Part shown: piece by piece, positions 33,610 to 46,290 of the stretch
How the letters are laid out: every line of letters begins with the position of its first letter
Numbering within the stretch: position 1 is the first letter of the stretch
NCBI GenBank assembly: GCA_964016885.1
Contig: OZ024742.1
Coordinates: 22,010,001-22,074,000, forward strand
Source: Eledone cirrhosa
Taxonomy: Eukaryota
Length of the DNA: 64,000 bases
Direction: 5' to 3'
The notes under the pieces: model-generated
Told to the model about the DNA's origin: nothing
The model's input: the letters and a program-made list of their open reading frames with translations, nothing else
Database searches by the model: none
Position numbers and translations under genes: made by a program

Positions 33610-34690
33610 TGTGTTAGACAGTGGAAGAGAGAGAGAGAGTTGTAGAGAGAGATGGTGGTAAAGAGAGAGAGGGTTGTAGACACAAAAGGAAAATACAAAT
33701 TGATAGATAGATAGATATACTGACAATGTAGAAAAAGACAGAGATAGAACTAAAAATTGAAAGAAAGAAGAAAAAGACAGAGAGACAAATAAATAACAAA
33801 AAAAGAGGGGCTGACTGTAAGAGAGACGCTGCTAGGGAGACAGAATCAAATGTGAAAACTAATTTTAAAAAAAGAAAAAAACAAAGAAATAAAAACAACA
33901 ACAAAAACAATTTAAAAAGACAAAAAGTCAGAAATTTAGTTAAATGAGAGTAGCTTCCCTTGAACCATAAATTTTATTGATTACTGATGGCCTTTCTCGT
34001 TAGTCTAAATAGACTATAAACATACAGACTACATGTTGGTGATGGTTGGGTGATGAACTAACAGAAGATCCCAGTGGAAAGAAGCTGTTGAAAGGTAAGG
34101 AGGAAAAAGACCTGGGCAGAGGTTCTGAGTGTAACAACAGGAGGGAGCGTCCAAACGGTAGAAGCATGGAAAAAGGATTGTATGACGATGATGATGATTA
34201 TTATTATTTTAACTTTGCCTTTCATCCTTACGGGGTCAATAAAATAAAGTACCAGCAATGCACTGGATGATTGCTGGCCTTGTGCCAAAAGGGCAGTGGA
34301 TTGGCAGTATTGGTAGAAGGTCGGACGCCATGCTTTTCAGCATAGAGTTACGGCCCTTTATGGTCTGAGTTCAAACTCCACCGAGGTTAACTTTGCCTTT
34401 CATCCTTGCAGGGTCGATAAAATAAAGTACCAGTAATACACTGGGATAATTGCTGACCTTGTGCCAAAAAGTAGAAACAATTATATGTATGTGTGAGTGT
34501 TTGTGTGTGTATGCATATGCATGTATAAATGGATGTTATATGATGAGAGAGATGGGATTTTACATATCTCTATACCCATACTGCATCTCCCCATGTATTG
34601 AGTACTCCCATGATTAATGGTCTCCTCGGTCTCATCACTGCAGAACCTCCCTCCACGTGTATGCATGTGTATATGTCTTTGTGTGTGTGT

Positions 34691-34895
34691 GAAGGTGCAT
34701 GGCTGAATGGTTAGAGAATTGGATTCGCAATCGTGAGGTTCTGATTTCGCCATGCGTTATGTCCTTGAGCAAGACACTTTATTTCACGTTGTTCCTTCTG
34801 CCTGGAGTTGCAACGAACAGATTGTATTAGCAATTGGAAAGACCAATGGAAACATTGTTTCCTCAGCCCGATTTGACGAAAGTCAATTGACTGTC
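34691..34895 (+). mobile_element. CORE-type SINE, subfamily with a different tail (second copy nested at about 42163-42370)
   Basis: tggctgaatggttagag head, ccttgagcaagacactttatttcac core, tail ggaaagaccaatggaaacattgtttcctc. Confidence 0.8.
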
Positions 34896-35240
34896 GATCT
34901 ATATGTATGCCTACATATACACTAACATATAGATATATACACATTAACATATAGATATATACACATTAACATTTTTATAAGTACTGACAGATAAACAGAG
35001 ATATAATATGAAGTACCAAACCAACATATCTACAATTTATATAGCCTAGCTATAGTTATATAGTATTGTATTCTGAAATTCACATAAATCATAATATACC
35101 TATTAAGTTAAAGAGAAGGGAATTACATGTTTGGTGTTAAAACAAATTGGAGTTTGATGAGAACAGTTTGAGACACACACACCTATAGGTTCAATCTTTG
35201 GTATAAATACATCTGTTTTAAATTTCCTCTAGATTCTAAA

Positions 35241-35675
35241 TACACCCAGATGTAAATGTAGACATAGCTGTCTCAAGTTCTAGATTGTAAGACACCCAAA
35301 TGTAAATGTAGACATAGCTGTCTCAAATTCTAGATTGTAAGACACCCAGATGTAAATGTAAACATAGCTGTCTCAAATTCTAGATTGTAAGACACCCAGA
35401 TGTAAATATAGACATAGCTGTCTCAAATTCTAGATTGTAAGACACCCAGATGTAAATGTAGACATAGCTGTCTCAAATTCTAGATTGTAAGACACCCAGA
35501 TGTAAATGTAGACATAGCTGTCTCAAATTCTAGATTGTAAGACACCCAGATGTAAATGTAGACATAGCTGTCTCAAATTCTAGATTGTAAGACACCCAGA
35601 TGTAAATGTAGACATAGCTGTCTCAAATTCTAGATTGTAACACCCAGATGTAAATGTAAACATAGCTGTCTCAGA
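35241..35675. repeat. 50-bp minisatellite, about 8.7 copies
   Basis: Unit gacacccagatgtaaatgtagacatagctgtctcaaattctagattgtaa. Confidence 0.95.
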
Positions 35676-36193
35676 TTCACCATACACCACAGGCATCTGG
35701 GTAAAAATAACAACAAAAAAGGATAGAAATAACGGTTTCTGATTTAGGTACAAGACCAACAATTTGGGGGGAAAGAAAGTCGTTTAAATCGATCCCAATG
35801 TGTTACTGGTACTTTATTTTAGTGACCCCAAAAAAAAGCTTACATTACATTTTGGGATACTGTAATGTGTATTATTATTATTATTAGCTCATGCTTTCCT
35901 ATCACCAATACAAGACTAAGAAAGAAATTAAAAACATAATCATACCAACATATTTAGAGTCAATAGAAAATCAATGTAGTAAAATTTAATGCATGCGTAT
36001 ATTGAAACAAATTATTGGACGGATTTAAGCCCTAAAGCCCCTTAGAACTGTAAAGCTTGCATAAGGATGAAAGGAAAAGTTAACCTCGGTAGGATCTGAA
36101 CTTGAAACATACCCAAATATATGCCGCAAAGCAATGCTCTACCAATTCTGCCAAACCACCACCCCCAAGAGAATATAAAAATAATATATTTAC

Positions 36194-36250
36194 CTTTATT
36201 CTCTTCTTGTAAATGCTCCAGTTCAGCAAACTTGGCGTTTTCGCACCAAT
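36194..36250 (-). CDS. 57-nt internal coding exon (coiled coil) of the same gene
   Basis: atatttcCAG|ATTGG...AATAAAG|GTAAAT, phase 1/1. Encodes (D)WCENAKFAELEHLQEENK(A) and joins in frame to both flanking exons. Confidence 0.8.
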
Positions 36251-36703
36251 CTGGAAATATATACATATAATTAAGAATGGTTTTCCATAGAAGAATGGAA
36301 GGGAAGCACAAATTACCTAATAGACGTGATGATTCCAAATGAATGAAACAGATCTTGTCCTGTAGCATAAATGTTAATATCAAAAGTATGAAACTTGGAG
36401 TGTATATGTACGGTCCCGAATTTCTTGATGGAGTTGTAGGGATGCCACATTGACATACGGCATTTCTATGGCATTTTCTAAAACCCGGCACCATCCATCC
36501 CTCTCCAGGTCTGAATACAGCAGATTTCTTCCAGAGAAGGATAGAGAGTTAAAGAGAGGAAGTTAGAAAGTGATATAGAGGAAGAATTCACCCCAGTACT
36601 AGACTGGTATTTTTTTTTATCAACCTTGAATAGATGAAAGGCAAAGTTGACCACAGCATGGTTTGAACTTAGACAGCAGAGAGCTGGAACAAATACTGCA
36701 AAG

Positions 36704-37031
36704 CATTCTATCCCATGTTCTAATAACTCTGCCAATTCTATCCCATGTTCTAATCACTCTGCCATTCTATCCCATGTTCTAATCACTCTGCCAATTCTAT
36801 CCCATGTTCTAATCACTCTGCCAATTCTATCCCATGTTCTAATCACTCTGCCATTCTATCCCATGTTCTAATCACTCTGCCATTCTATCCCATGTTCTAA
36901 TCACTCTGCCATTCTATCCCATGTTCTAATCACTCTGCCATTCTATCCCATGTTCTAATCACTCTGCCATTCTATCCCATGTTCTAATCACTCTGCCATT
37001 CTATCCCATGTTCTAATCACTCTGCCAATTC
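36704..37031. repeat. 29/30-bp minisatellite, about 11 copies, grown from a SINE head
   Basis: Unit ccattctatcccatgttctaatcactctg, contiguous with the family-B SINE at 36585-36735. Confidence 0.92.
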
Positions 37032-37959
37032 CCCATCTTAACTTGGAGTACCAATTTGTAAATTTTTTCAGTTTCAATAAAAGCTGATATTTCACTCAAC
37101 TTTTACTATTGAGTCCTTCCTCTTCTCCTTGTTACACCTGTTTGCTATTTTGACATAGATGTGATGTGTTGTTAAATACGAGGTCAGTACTTTCCCAAAG
37201 TTACAGTCCTTTTATATGGGTCAAGGACCATATTTCCCTTAATAGATTTCATTTCTGACCTGATTTCTAGAACTAGGTGACCTTTCTAATGTCAACAACT
37301 TTACAGAGTGTACTGGGTACATTTTCTCATAACACCAACACTAAAGAGAGTGCTACTTCCTAGGTAAAACTGTTGAGTTCTATTTCTCTCTCTTCTTTAA
37401 CCTGGTTTCTACAGCTAGATGCCCTTTCAATTGCCAATCTTTACAGAGTGTATGAGGTGCATTTTCTCATAGCACCAGTGTTAAAGAGAGTTACATTCTA
37501 TGTAAGACACTTCATCTCTCTCTCTCTTTCCTTCAGCCTGGTTTCTACAGCTGGATGCTCTTTCAAATACCAACCACTTTACAGAGTGTACTAGGCGCAT
37601 TTTTCTCCTGGCACCCCACAGAAAAGATAGTTCTGTGTCCTAACCATGACAGAGTGTACTGGGTGTATTTTATCACAGCATTAAAACTAGGAGATTAAAG
37701 TGTTTCAATAAGTTGGTTTTAATAATCTATTCAAAACATTTTATTTTATCTATGTTGCTTTACAGAAAGGCATGAATATCACAACATCCCATTGCCACCA
37801 CCCTACATCTGGCAGTGTCTTTCACCTTTAAATCTAAACAATAATTATGCCTTAAGAAGCTATTATGGTAAAAGCCAAGATTAGAATTTGATACTTACAG
37901 TAGTAAGATCAATGATATTTCAGTAAAAGAGCTTTTAATACTAATTAGGTAATAGCTAT

Positions 37960-38680
37960 TTGTAGTAATACTACTACTGCTACTAATACTACTACACAGT
38001 TGTTACTTATAGTAATACCACTACTATTGCTGTTAATACAGCTGTTACGTATAGCAATATCACTATTACTGTTATAGCAATACCACTACTACTACTAATA
38101 CTGCTACTAATACTACTACACAGTTGTTACTTGTAGTAATACCACTACTACTACTACTACTAATACTACTACACAGCTGTTACTTGTAGTAATATCACTA
38201 CTACTACTGTTACTAATAATACTACAACACAGCTGTTAATAGTAGTAATACCACTACTACTACTGCTAATAATACAACACAGTTGTTAATAGTAGTAATA
38301 CCACTACTACTACTGCTACTAATACTACTACACAGCTGCTACTTGTAGTAATACTACTACTAATACTACTACTACACAGCTGCTACCTGTAGTAATACTA
38401 CTACTGCTGCTAATACTACAACACCACCATTGTTATTTGTAGTAATACCATTACTAGTACTACTACACATCTGTTACTTATAGTAATACTACTACTACAC
38501 ATCTGTTACTTGTAGTAATACTACTACTAGTACTGCTACTACTACAACAACAACACAGCTGTTACTTGTAGTAATACATCCACTGCTAATACTGCAATAG
38601 TGCTGTTACTTATATTAAGTATTACTACTACTGCCACAACTACAACACTGCTGTTACATGTAGTAATACTACTTTAGTTT
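37960..38680. repeat. Degenerate (ACT)n-rich repeat with a recurring cacagctgttacttgtagtaatac motif
   Basis: Directly visible. Confidence 0.85.
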
Positions 38681-38799
38681 ACTGCAAATGTCCACAATGA
38701 ACTGCCCACCAGTATATACATTATATACTTCTGAATTAACTAAAATGTTTCTAGATATTTCCTGCTAAATCATTACAGGATGTTAAGTGCTCAATTTAA

Positions 38800-39040
38800 G
38801 GAATAGAGTTAGGTGAGATGGCTGTATGGTCTATTGTACTACACGATACCATCTCAAAGGTTGTGAGTTCAGTCTCATCTATAAGCAATATTTTAGAAAA
38901 TAGAGCTAGGTGAAATGGCTGTGTGATTTAGTGTACTACACAATACCATCTCAGAGATTGTGGGCTCAGTTCCATCTTTCGGAAATATTTTAGAAAATAG
39001 AGCTAGGTGAGATACCAATGTGGTTCTCATACTCTACCAC
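38800..39040 (+). repeat. About 97-bp tandem repeat (2.4 copies) resembling a tRNA/SINE head
   Basis: aatagag(t/c)taggtga recurs at about 38802, 38899 and 38996; contains aggttgtgagttca. Confidence 0.7.
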
Positions 39041-39181
39041 ATTACCACCTTGTTTTATCTTTAGCAAATAGGTCTTCAATCTAGAACCTTCTAATATTTG
39101 TCTCAACCAGAAACAAAGTTTTCTGAGATAAGGTAAGATACTCAATCCAAGGTCAGTAGTGAAGAACTCTTTTGGCAAAAG

Positions 39182-39990
39182 TTAATCCTTCTGATACCAA
39201 CCCACCTATAACTGACTTTGGTTTTATGAAATAAAAACCACATTTTAACCCTTTTGATACCAGCCTGGCAAAAACTATTGTTCTTTTGAAAAGAAGCCTC
39301 CTGATTTAAAGGGTTTAGACACATACTTTGCTCAGCATTAAACATGTAACCCCACTCATTCAATTGTCATACTTATCTACAAAAGTACCCCCCCCCCCAT
39401 CACATGCATACTTACTACATAATGGAACACCCTAGACACCTCTTAAAACACCTGCATGTATGACAAAACACAGTCACATGACTGCGACCTCACTAACACC
39501 ACCACCCCATATGGTTATGCTATTTAATACTCTTTTGTCTGTCTTTTGTCTACAGTAAACGACTTCTGACTCAAAGAATGTTATTGGTGGTCACTCCTCT
39601 CATGACAGGCTTAACTTGACAGCTAGTTTTACTAATTTCAGGTTCCTATTCAACTCAAAATATGCCAAAGATATATATATATATATTATATAAAAACCAT
39701 ATATTATATGATCATATTAGTAATGAAATGATTAATAATTTCAGTAGATCCATAAAAATTCTTCATTAATTAATTGAAATAGAATATATTTGATTAGAAA
39801 TGCCGTCATGAAAGGGTTAAATGGTTCCTATTTAAATTAAAACCTTCCAACACAATTATATATAAGAACCATATGTTAAGATACAATCTTAATAATGGAA
39901 TAATTAATAATTTTCGTAAATCCTTCGAAGTTGTTCATTAATTAATTGAAATAGAGTGAATATCATTAGAAATAGTCATGAAATGGTTAA
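39182..39990. mobile_element. Degenerate piggyBac-type MITE termini with partial duplication
   Basis: ttaacccttttgatacc (39245) and two related segments ending tcatgaaagggttaa (about 39820) and tcatgaaatggttaa (about 39990). Confidence 0.45.
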
Positions 39991-40089
39991 TCCATAAATG
40001 CTTGTAAATAATAAAAATAAATGAAAGTTTCAGAAGTGAAAAATCAAATGTTTCAGAGAGAGGAATATGTGTCTTTGTTACCATATATT

Positions 40090-40478
40090 TACTAGCACCA
40101 CCACCTTCATCACCATTACCACCAACAACAACAACAATGCAACCACCAATATTGCCACAACCAGCAACATCAGCACCACCACCACCACTACCAACAACAA
40201 CAACAACACCACCACCACTACCATCAGCACCACCACCACCAACAACAACAACACCACCAGCACCACCAGCACCATCACCACCACCATTACCACCAACAAC
40301 AACAATGCCACCACCAATATTGCCACAACCAGCAACATCACCACCACCAACAACAACAACAACACCACCATCAGCACCACCACCACTACCAACAACATCA
40401 CCACCACCATCAACACCACCACCACCACCATTACCACCAACACCATCAGTACCACTACCATCATTACCACCACCACTA
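40090..40478. repeat. (ACC/AAC)n trinucleotide repeat
   Basis: Directly visible. Confidence 0.92.
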
Positions 40479-40745
40479 TATAAATAACACCAGACAGTAC
40501 AATGATACTGTGTGTTATAATAAAATTATGATGGTGGGATGAAAATATATGGAGTACCAGAAGGGAGATAAATGGGATGGTTGAATAAGACATAATGGTG
40601 GTAATAATGTAGAAGCTTCTACAGATAATACAGCTACTACTTCCATTTCATTGTCACAGAATACTTAGCTGTTGGCCTCAACAAATACTACCAGATGATG
40701 GCTTGAATATCTCCAGATGATGGTTTGAATACCACCAGATATTAA

Positions 40746-40944
40746 CCCTTTAGTATTTAAATCGGCCATATCCGGCCAAAATTCTCTCCCCTATATCTGT
40801 TCAAACCGGCTGTAACTGGCCACTCATACTGATGTTGAGGTATTGTTCTCAAAATAAATAATATCAAAATCTCATAGATTCAATATTATGTGAGATAATT
40901 AAGTAAGATACAACAGTATATAGAGTAATGTAAATGCTAAAGGG
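40746..40944. mobile_element. piggyBac-type MITE (199 bp)
   Basis: TTAA on both sides (40742-45, 40945-48); TIRs CCCTTTAGTATTTA / TAAATGCTAAAGGG, 13/14 match. Confidence 0.88.
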
Positions 40945-40951
40945 TTAAACT

Positions 40952-41712
40952 GAATACCACCAGATGTTGGATAGAATACCACCAGATGTTGGATAGAATA
41001 CCGCCAGATGTTGGACAGAATACCGCCAGATGTTGGACAGAATACTGCCAGATTTTGGACAGAATACCGCCAGATGTTGGACAGAATACCGCCAGATGTT
41101 GGATAGAATACCGCCAGATGTTGGACAGAATACCGCCAGATGTTGGACAGAATACCGCCAGATGTTGGACAGAATACTGCCAGATGTTGGATAGAATACC
41201 GCCAGATGTTGAATAGAATACCGCCAGATGTTGGATAGAATACCGCCAGATGTTGGTCAGAATACCGCCAGATGTTGGTCAGAATACCGCCAGATGTTGG
41301 ACAGAATACCGCCAGATGTTAGATAGAATAAAGCCAGATGTTAGATAGAATAAAGCCAGATGTTGGACAGAATAAAGCCAGATGTTGGACAGAATACCGC
41401 CAGATGTTGGACAGAATACCGCCAGATATTGGACAGAATACCGCCAGATGTTGGACAGAATACCGCCAGATGTTGGACAGAATACCGCCAGATGTTGGAC
41501 AGAATACCACCAGATGTTGAATAGAATACCACCAGATGTTGGATAGAATACCGCCAGATGTTGGTCAGTATACCGCCAGATGTTGGTCAGAATACCACCA
41601 GATGTTGGTCAGAATATGACCAGATGTTGGACAGAATACCGCCAGATGTTGGATAGAATACAGCCAGATGTTGGACAGAATACCACCAGATGTTGGACAG
41701 AATACCGCCAGC
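40952..41712. repeat. 22-bp minisatellite, about 35 copies
   Basis: Unit aataccgccagatgttggacag; degenerate units at 40684-40741 and 41730-41790. Confidence 0.95.
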
Positions 41713-41955
41713 TGCTGTACTGAATGAATCGCACTAGATGTTAGACTCAATAAATACCACCAAATGTTGGACACGATAACTACCACCAGTTGTGTGTGTC
41801 TGTATACTTAACAGATATGTATCATCATCATCATCATCTTCAGTTTACCTTCATTTTCCATGCCAACTAGAGTAGGTCATGTTTTCACTCTCTGGGTCAC
41901 TTCTTAATCTGAGTTATCACACTCCTGAGTCAAAGAACTATGTCTCGTTCATTAA

Positions 41956-42402
41956 CCCTTTAGAATTTAACCCAGCCATATCCGGCCAGAATTCTCTCAC
42001 CTCTTTCTGTTCAAACCAGCCATAAATGGCTGCTTATACTTATGTTAAGGTATTGTTCTCAAAATAAATAATATCAAAATAGATAGATTTGATATTATGT
42101 GAGATAATTATGTATGACAAAGCCTTTACCATGAAAATATAAGAGTAAATATAGAGGAATAGTGAAGGCGTGTCGCTGAGTGCTTAGAGAATTGGATTCA
42201 TAATCTTGAGGTTCCTGGACTGGGCGATGCGTTATGTCCTTGAGCAAGACACTTTATTTCACATTGCTCCTTCTACCTGGAGTTGCGACCGATAGATAGT
42301 ACTAGCAACTGGAAAGACCAACGGAAACATTGTTTCCTCGGTCCGATTTCAACGAAAGTCGATCGATCATTTATTATATAGAGTAATGTAAATGGTAAAG
42401 GG
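41956..42402. mobile_element. Second copy of the piggyBac MITE, with a nested CORE-SINE
   Basis: TTAA-CCCTTTAGAATTTA ... TAAATGGTAAAGGG-TTAA; internal similarity to 40746-40944; SINE at about 42163-42370. Confidence 0.85.
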
Positions 42403-42725
42403 TTAATACATGTAAACATGCGTATGTGGATGTGTCCATGTGTTAGACTGAATGAATAACACCACATCAGCAATGTCAGCAATAATAGAGTAGATTCATC
42501 AGTCATCTACATCTCCACATAAAACCACCAGCTCTAGACACCAGCCCATAATATTCCTCTCATCACTTCCATCTACATTCCATTCTGGCATCAGTTGGAC
42601 AGGTCACACAGTGGTTACACCTGTGTAAACATATACACTAACACACTCCACAAATGTATATTATTATATACATACATACATCTATATATACAAATAAATA
42701 AACGTACATACATACATCTATATAT

Positions 42726-42760
<35 letters not shown>

Positions 42761-42976
42761 GGAATGAGTAGGACCCCGACGGCTGAGCTCAAGCCATTTC
42801 GACTGAGCTCAGCTGTCGGGGTCCTACTCGTTCCTATTACCCACTCTACTACCCTAAGTATTGAGTACTTTGGTGCGTTATGGTCCACCTGGTTCCTTAC
42901 CACATTTCCTTTGTTATATATATATATACATATACATACATATATATATACATACATATACATACATATACATACA

Positions 42977-43806
42977 TTGAGGCGTAAAACACAGACAATA
43001 GAGGGGATAAACCACTCAAAAAGCCTGGCATGGAGTTCCGACAAGTTTATGACATCACACCTTGAGGGATATCTCTATGCAATACAGGAACAAGAACTCC
43101 CTCCCAAATATCTGCTGCACAAAAGAGGAGGGCCAGCAGCTGACAATAAATGTAGGCTATGTAAAACAAAGATCGAGGATGTAAGCCACATTGTTGCCAG
43201 CTGCGAAAGAATGTCATCTCGCTACTACCTCCCCATGAGACACGATGTGATAGCTAGAACTATCTGGAACGCACTTCGGAAAACAAAATTAACAACAAAC
43301 GAGGAAGAATATATTGAGACAGATGGCACTAAGGAATACTGGTGGAACCTGAAAATAAAAACTGCCACAAAATTAAAGCACAACCGGCCTGATATTGTTG
43401 TTTGGGACCATACGTTGAAAACGTGTTCTGTTGTGGAGATCAGCTGCCCACTTGATGTAAACGTTGTCAGAAAAATGCAGGAGAAGGAGGACATCTACGG
43501 ACCATTGATGAGGAGTTTACAAATCCAGTATCCAAGATACACCTTTAGCTTCATACCCATCATTATTGGAGCTACGGGTTATATACCAACCCGCTTGAAC
43601 CAAAGTATGACTGAACTTGGATTTGCGGACAAAAAGCGCAGCTCCCTAATTCATGGTCTACAAATGACTGTGATAACTGGCACCTTCAAAATTTGCAAAA
43701 CATTCTTGCGATTCAAAGTATGACAATTTCTTTTCTTTTACAACCTTGCCACCAGGATGGTGGGCGGTCAAAAAAATTATACTCGAAATTAAGAGAAAGA
43801 GATAAC
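42977..43806 (+). mobile_element. R4/Dong-like non-LTR retrotransposon 3' fragment (CCHC knuckle and restriction-like endonuclease)
   Basis: EGYLYAIQEQ, CRLC...HIVASC, RHD, HNRPDIVVWD, VEISCP, KEDIY; open to the stop at 43723; flanked by TA repeats. Confidence 0.9.
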
Positions 43807-43857
43807 ATATATATATACATATATATATATATATCTACATATATATATGTATGTATA

Positions 43858-44190
43858 GGCACATGGCTTAGTTGTTAGAGCATTGGCCTTGCAATCGAAA
43901 GGTTGTGAGTTCAATTCTCAGACCGGGTGATGTGTTTGTTACTTGAGCAAGACACTTTATTTCACATTACTCCAGTTTACTCAGCTGTAGAAATGAGATG
44001 ATAGGGACTGGGGTTCATATCATTCTACTGCAAAGTGGTCGTGTAGGTGCCACGGCAAAAACCACCCAGCACTCACTGTAAATGAGGTTGGTGTTAGGAA
44101 GGGCATCCAGCTGTAGAAATCAAGCCAAAATCAATTCCCATCCCACCCTTGCAAGCAGGGAAAAGCGGACGTAAAATGATGATGATGATG
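43858..44190 (+). mobile_element. CORE-type tRNA SINE with RTE-shared tail
   Basis: A/B boxes, CORE segment and tail cccacccttgcaagcagggaaaagcggacgtaaaatgatgatg. Confidence 0.9.
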
Positions 44191-44511
44191 ATATAGATAT
44201 ATATACATATATACATACATATACACATATATAAATACATACATATATATACATATATATATATACATATATTTATATATACATATACATTTATATATAC
44301 ATATATATATACATATATATATATACATACTTATATACATATATATACATATATATATACATATATATACATATATATATACATATATATACATATATAT
44401 ATACATATATATACATACATATATATATACATACATATATATATACATACATATACATACATATATATATACATACATATATATATACATACATATATAT
44501 ATACATACATA

Positions 44512-44882
44512 GGAGATCAGCTGCCCACTTGATGTAAACGTTGTCAGAAAAATGCAGGAGAAGGAGGACATCTACGGACCATTGATGAGGAGTTTACAAA
44601 TCTAGTATCCAAGATACACCTTTAGCTTCATACCCATCATTATTGGTGCTACGGGTTATATACCAACCCGCTTGAACCAAAGTATGACTGAACTTGGATT
44701 TGCGGACAAAAAGCGCAGCTCCCTAATTCATAGTCTACAAATGGCTGCGATAGCTGGCACCTTCAAAATTTGCAAAACATTCTTGCGATTCAAGGGATGA
44801 CAATTTCTTTTCTTTTACAACCTTGCCACCAGGAGGGTGGCCGGTCAAAAAAATATACTCGAAATTAAGAGAAAGAGAAAAC
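44512..44882 (+). mobile_element. Second R4/Dong-like 3' fragment
   Basis: Near-identical to 43435-43806, with a premature TAG. Confidence 0.9.
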
Positions 44883-44915
<33 letters not shown>

Positions 44916-44971
44916 CATACAGACATAAATTTACATAAAATACATATATATATATTAATACATACATATAC

Positions 44972-45005
<34 letters not shown>

Positions 45006-45145
45006 ATTCATACATACATATACACATACATACATACATATACATACATACATATATATATATATGTGTATATATATATATATACACATACATATATATA
45101 CATGGTAGCATGGAAGATGGACGTTAAATGATGATGATAGATACA

Positions 45146-45230
<85 letters not shown>

Positions 45231-45315
45231 GTATAGTTATATATATATATACACATACATATATTTATATATATACACATACATTTATATATATTTATAT
45301 ATATATATATATATA

Positions 45316-45580
45316 CAGACCGGATGATGTGTTGTTTCCTTGAGCAAGACACTTTATTTCACATTGCTCCAGTTTACTCAGCTGTAGAAATGAGATGATA
45401 GGGACTGAGTTCCCTATCATTCCACTGCAAAGTGGTCGTGGAGGTGCCACGGCAAAAAAGCACCCAGCACTCACTGTAAATGAGGTTGGTGTTAGGAAGG
45501 GCATCCAGCTGTAGAAATCAAGCCAGAATCAGTTCCCGTCCCACCCTTGCAAGCAGGGAAAAGCGGACGTAAAATGAAAA
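45316..45580 (+). mobile_element. 5'-truncated CORE-SINE
   Basis: CORE segment and RTE-shared tail. Confidence 0.88.
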
Positions 45581-45601
45581 TGAAAAAATACATATATATA
45601 T

Positions 45602-46215
45602 GGTGGCTGCCAACTCGTTTTCGAGTACGGCCACTACTTTATATCCATGTAGGAAAAACCCCTACCAATGCGCTGAACGAGTGTGACTTTTTAGTCCAGC
45701 CAGCGACTTGAAAACTCTGGTACAAACACTACACCTGTGACAATTATTGACACATAGTGCTGGGCCCATGGTACCATGTGACGACAAGTGCAGAGAGATC
45801 AGAGATCTCCAGATATAAAGCAATGCCTGTGCCGTGAAGCTTTTATAGTGAGCAAAGGCACTGCACAAAGCCAGTCCCACTCTCTTAACCAAGATAATAT
45901 TTACCAAAAAGAAGAACAAGTCAACATCATTGGATACCATCAGGGTTGCAGGTGTTATATCAGAGTTTTCCTTCTCCTAGAATTCTGCCTTGACAAAGGC
46001 TAAGGGGGTCATCTCTCCCAGTGATTTTGGATGGCCATTGACTCTAAAGAGCTCCTTTGCCCTTTGGCAGGTTTTGTTTTTAGTCCTGCAGGATGTCCAA
46101 AGTCACCCTCCTCACCAAGAAACCTTGGTGGGGTTGCCAGTTTCATCGTCAACGACCCAACCATGGGACAGGTTGTACTGGGATACATGTTACCAGTAGC
46201 ACCAACTGGTGACTG
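45602..46215 (-). mobile_element. Short non-autonomous RTE-derived element (5'UTR-like segment joined to the C2H2-coding 3' end)
   Basis: ctaggagaaggaaaactctga motif, then within about 300 bp [22 protein letters not shown] and a terminal hairpin ctcgaaaacgag. Confidence 0.65.
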
Positions 46216-46290
46216 ATACATACATACATACATACATACATATCCATCCATACATACATACACGCATGCATGCATACATACATACATACA

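Noticed and set aside
39416-39451. 36-nt minus-strand micro-exon candidate (CAG...GTAAGT)
   Set aside because: Contains TAG in the phase-1 frame required by the flanking exons.
40067-40593. Thr-, Pro- and Val-rich ORFs (mucin/extensin-like)
   Set aside because: Trinucleotide repeat open in several frames; no splice support found.
40986-41786. Repetitive-peptide ORFs (MLDRIPPDVGQNTARCWTEY)
   Set aside because: A 22-bp unit cycling through frames, with scattered stops.
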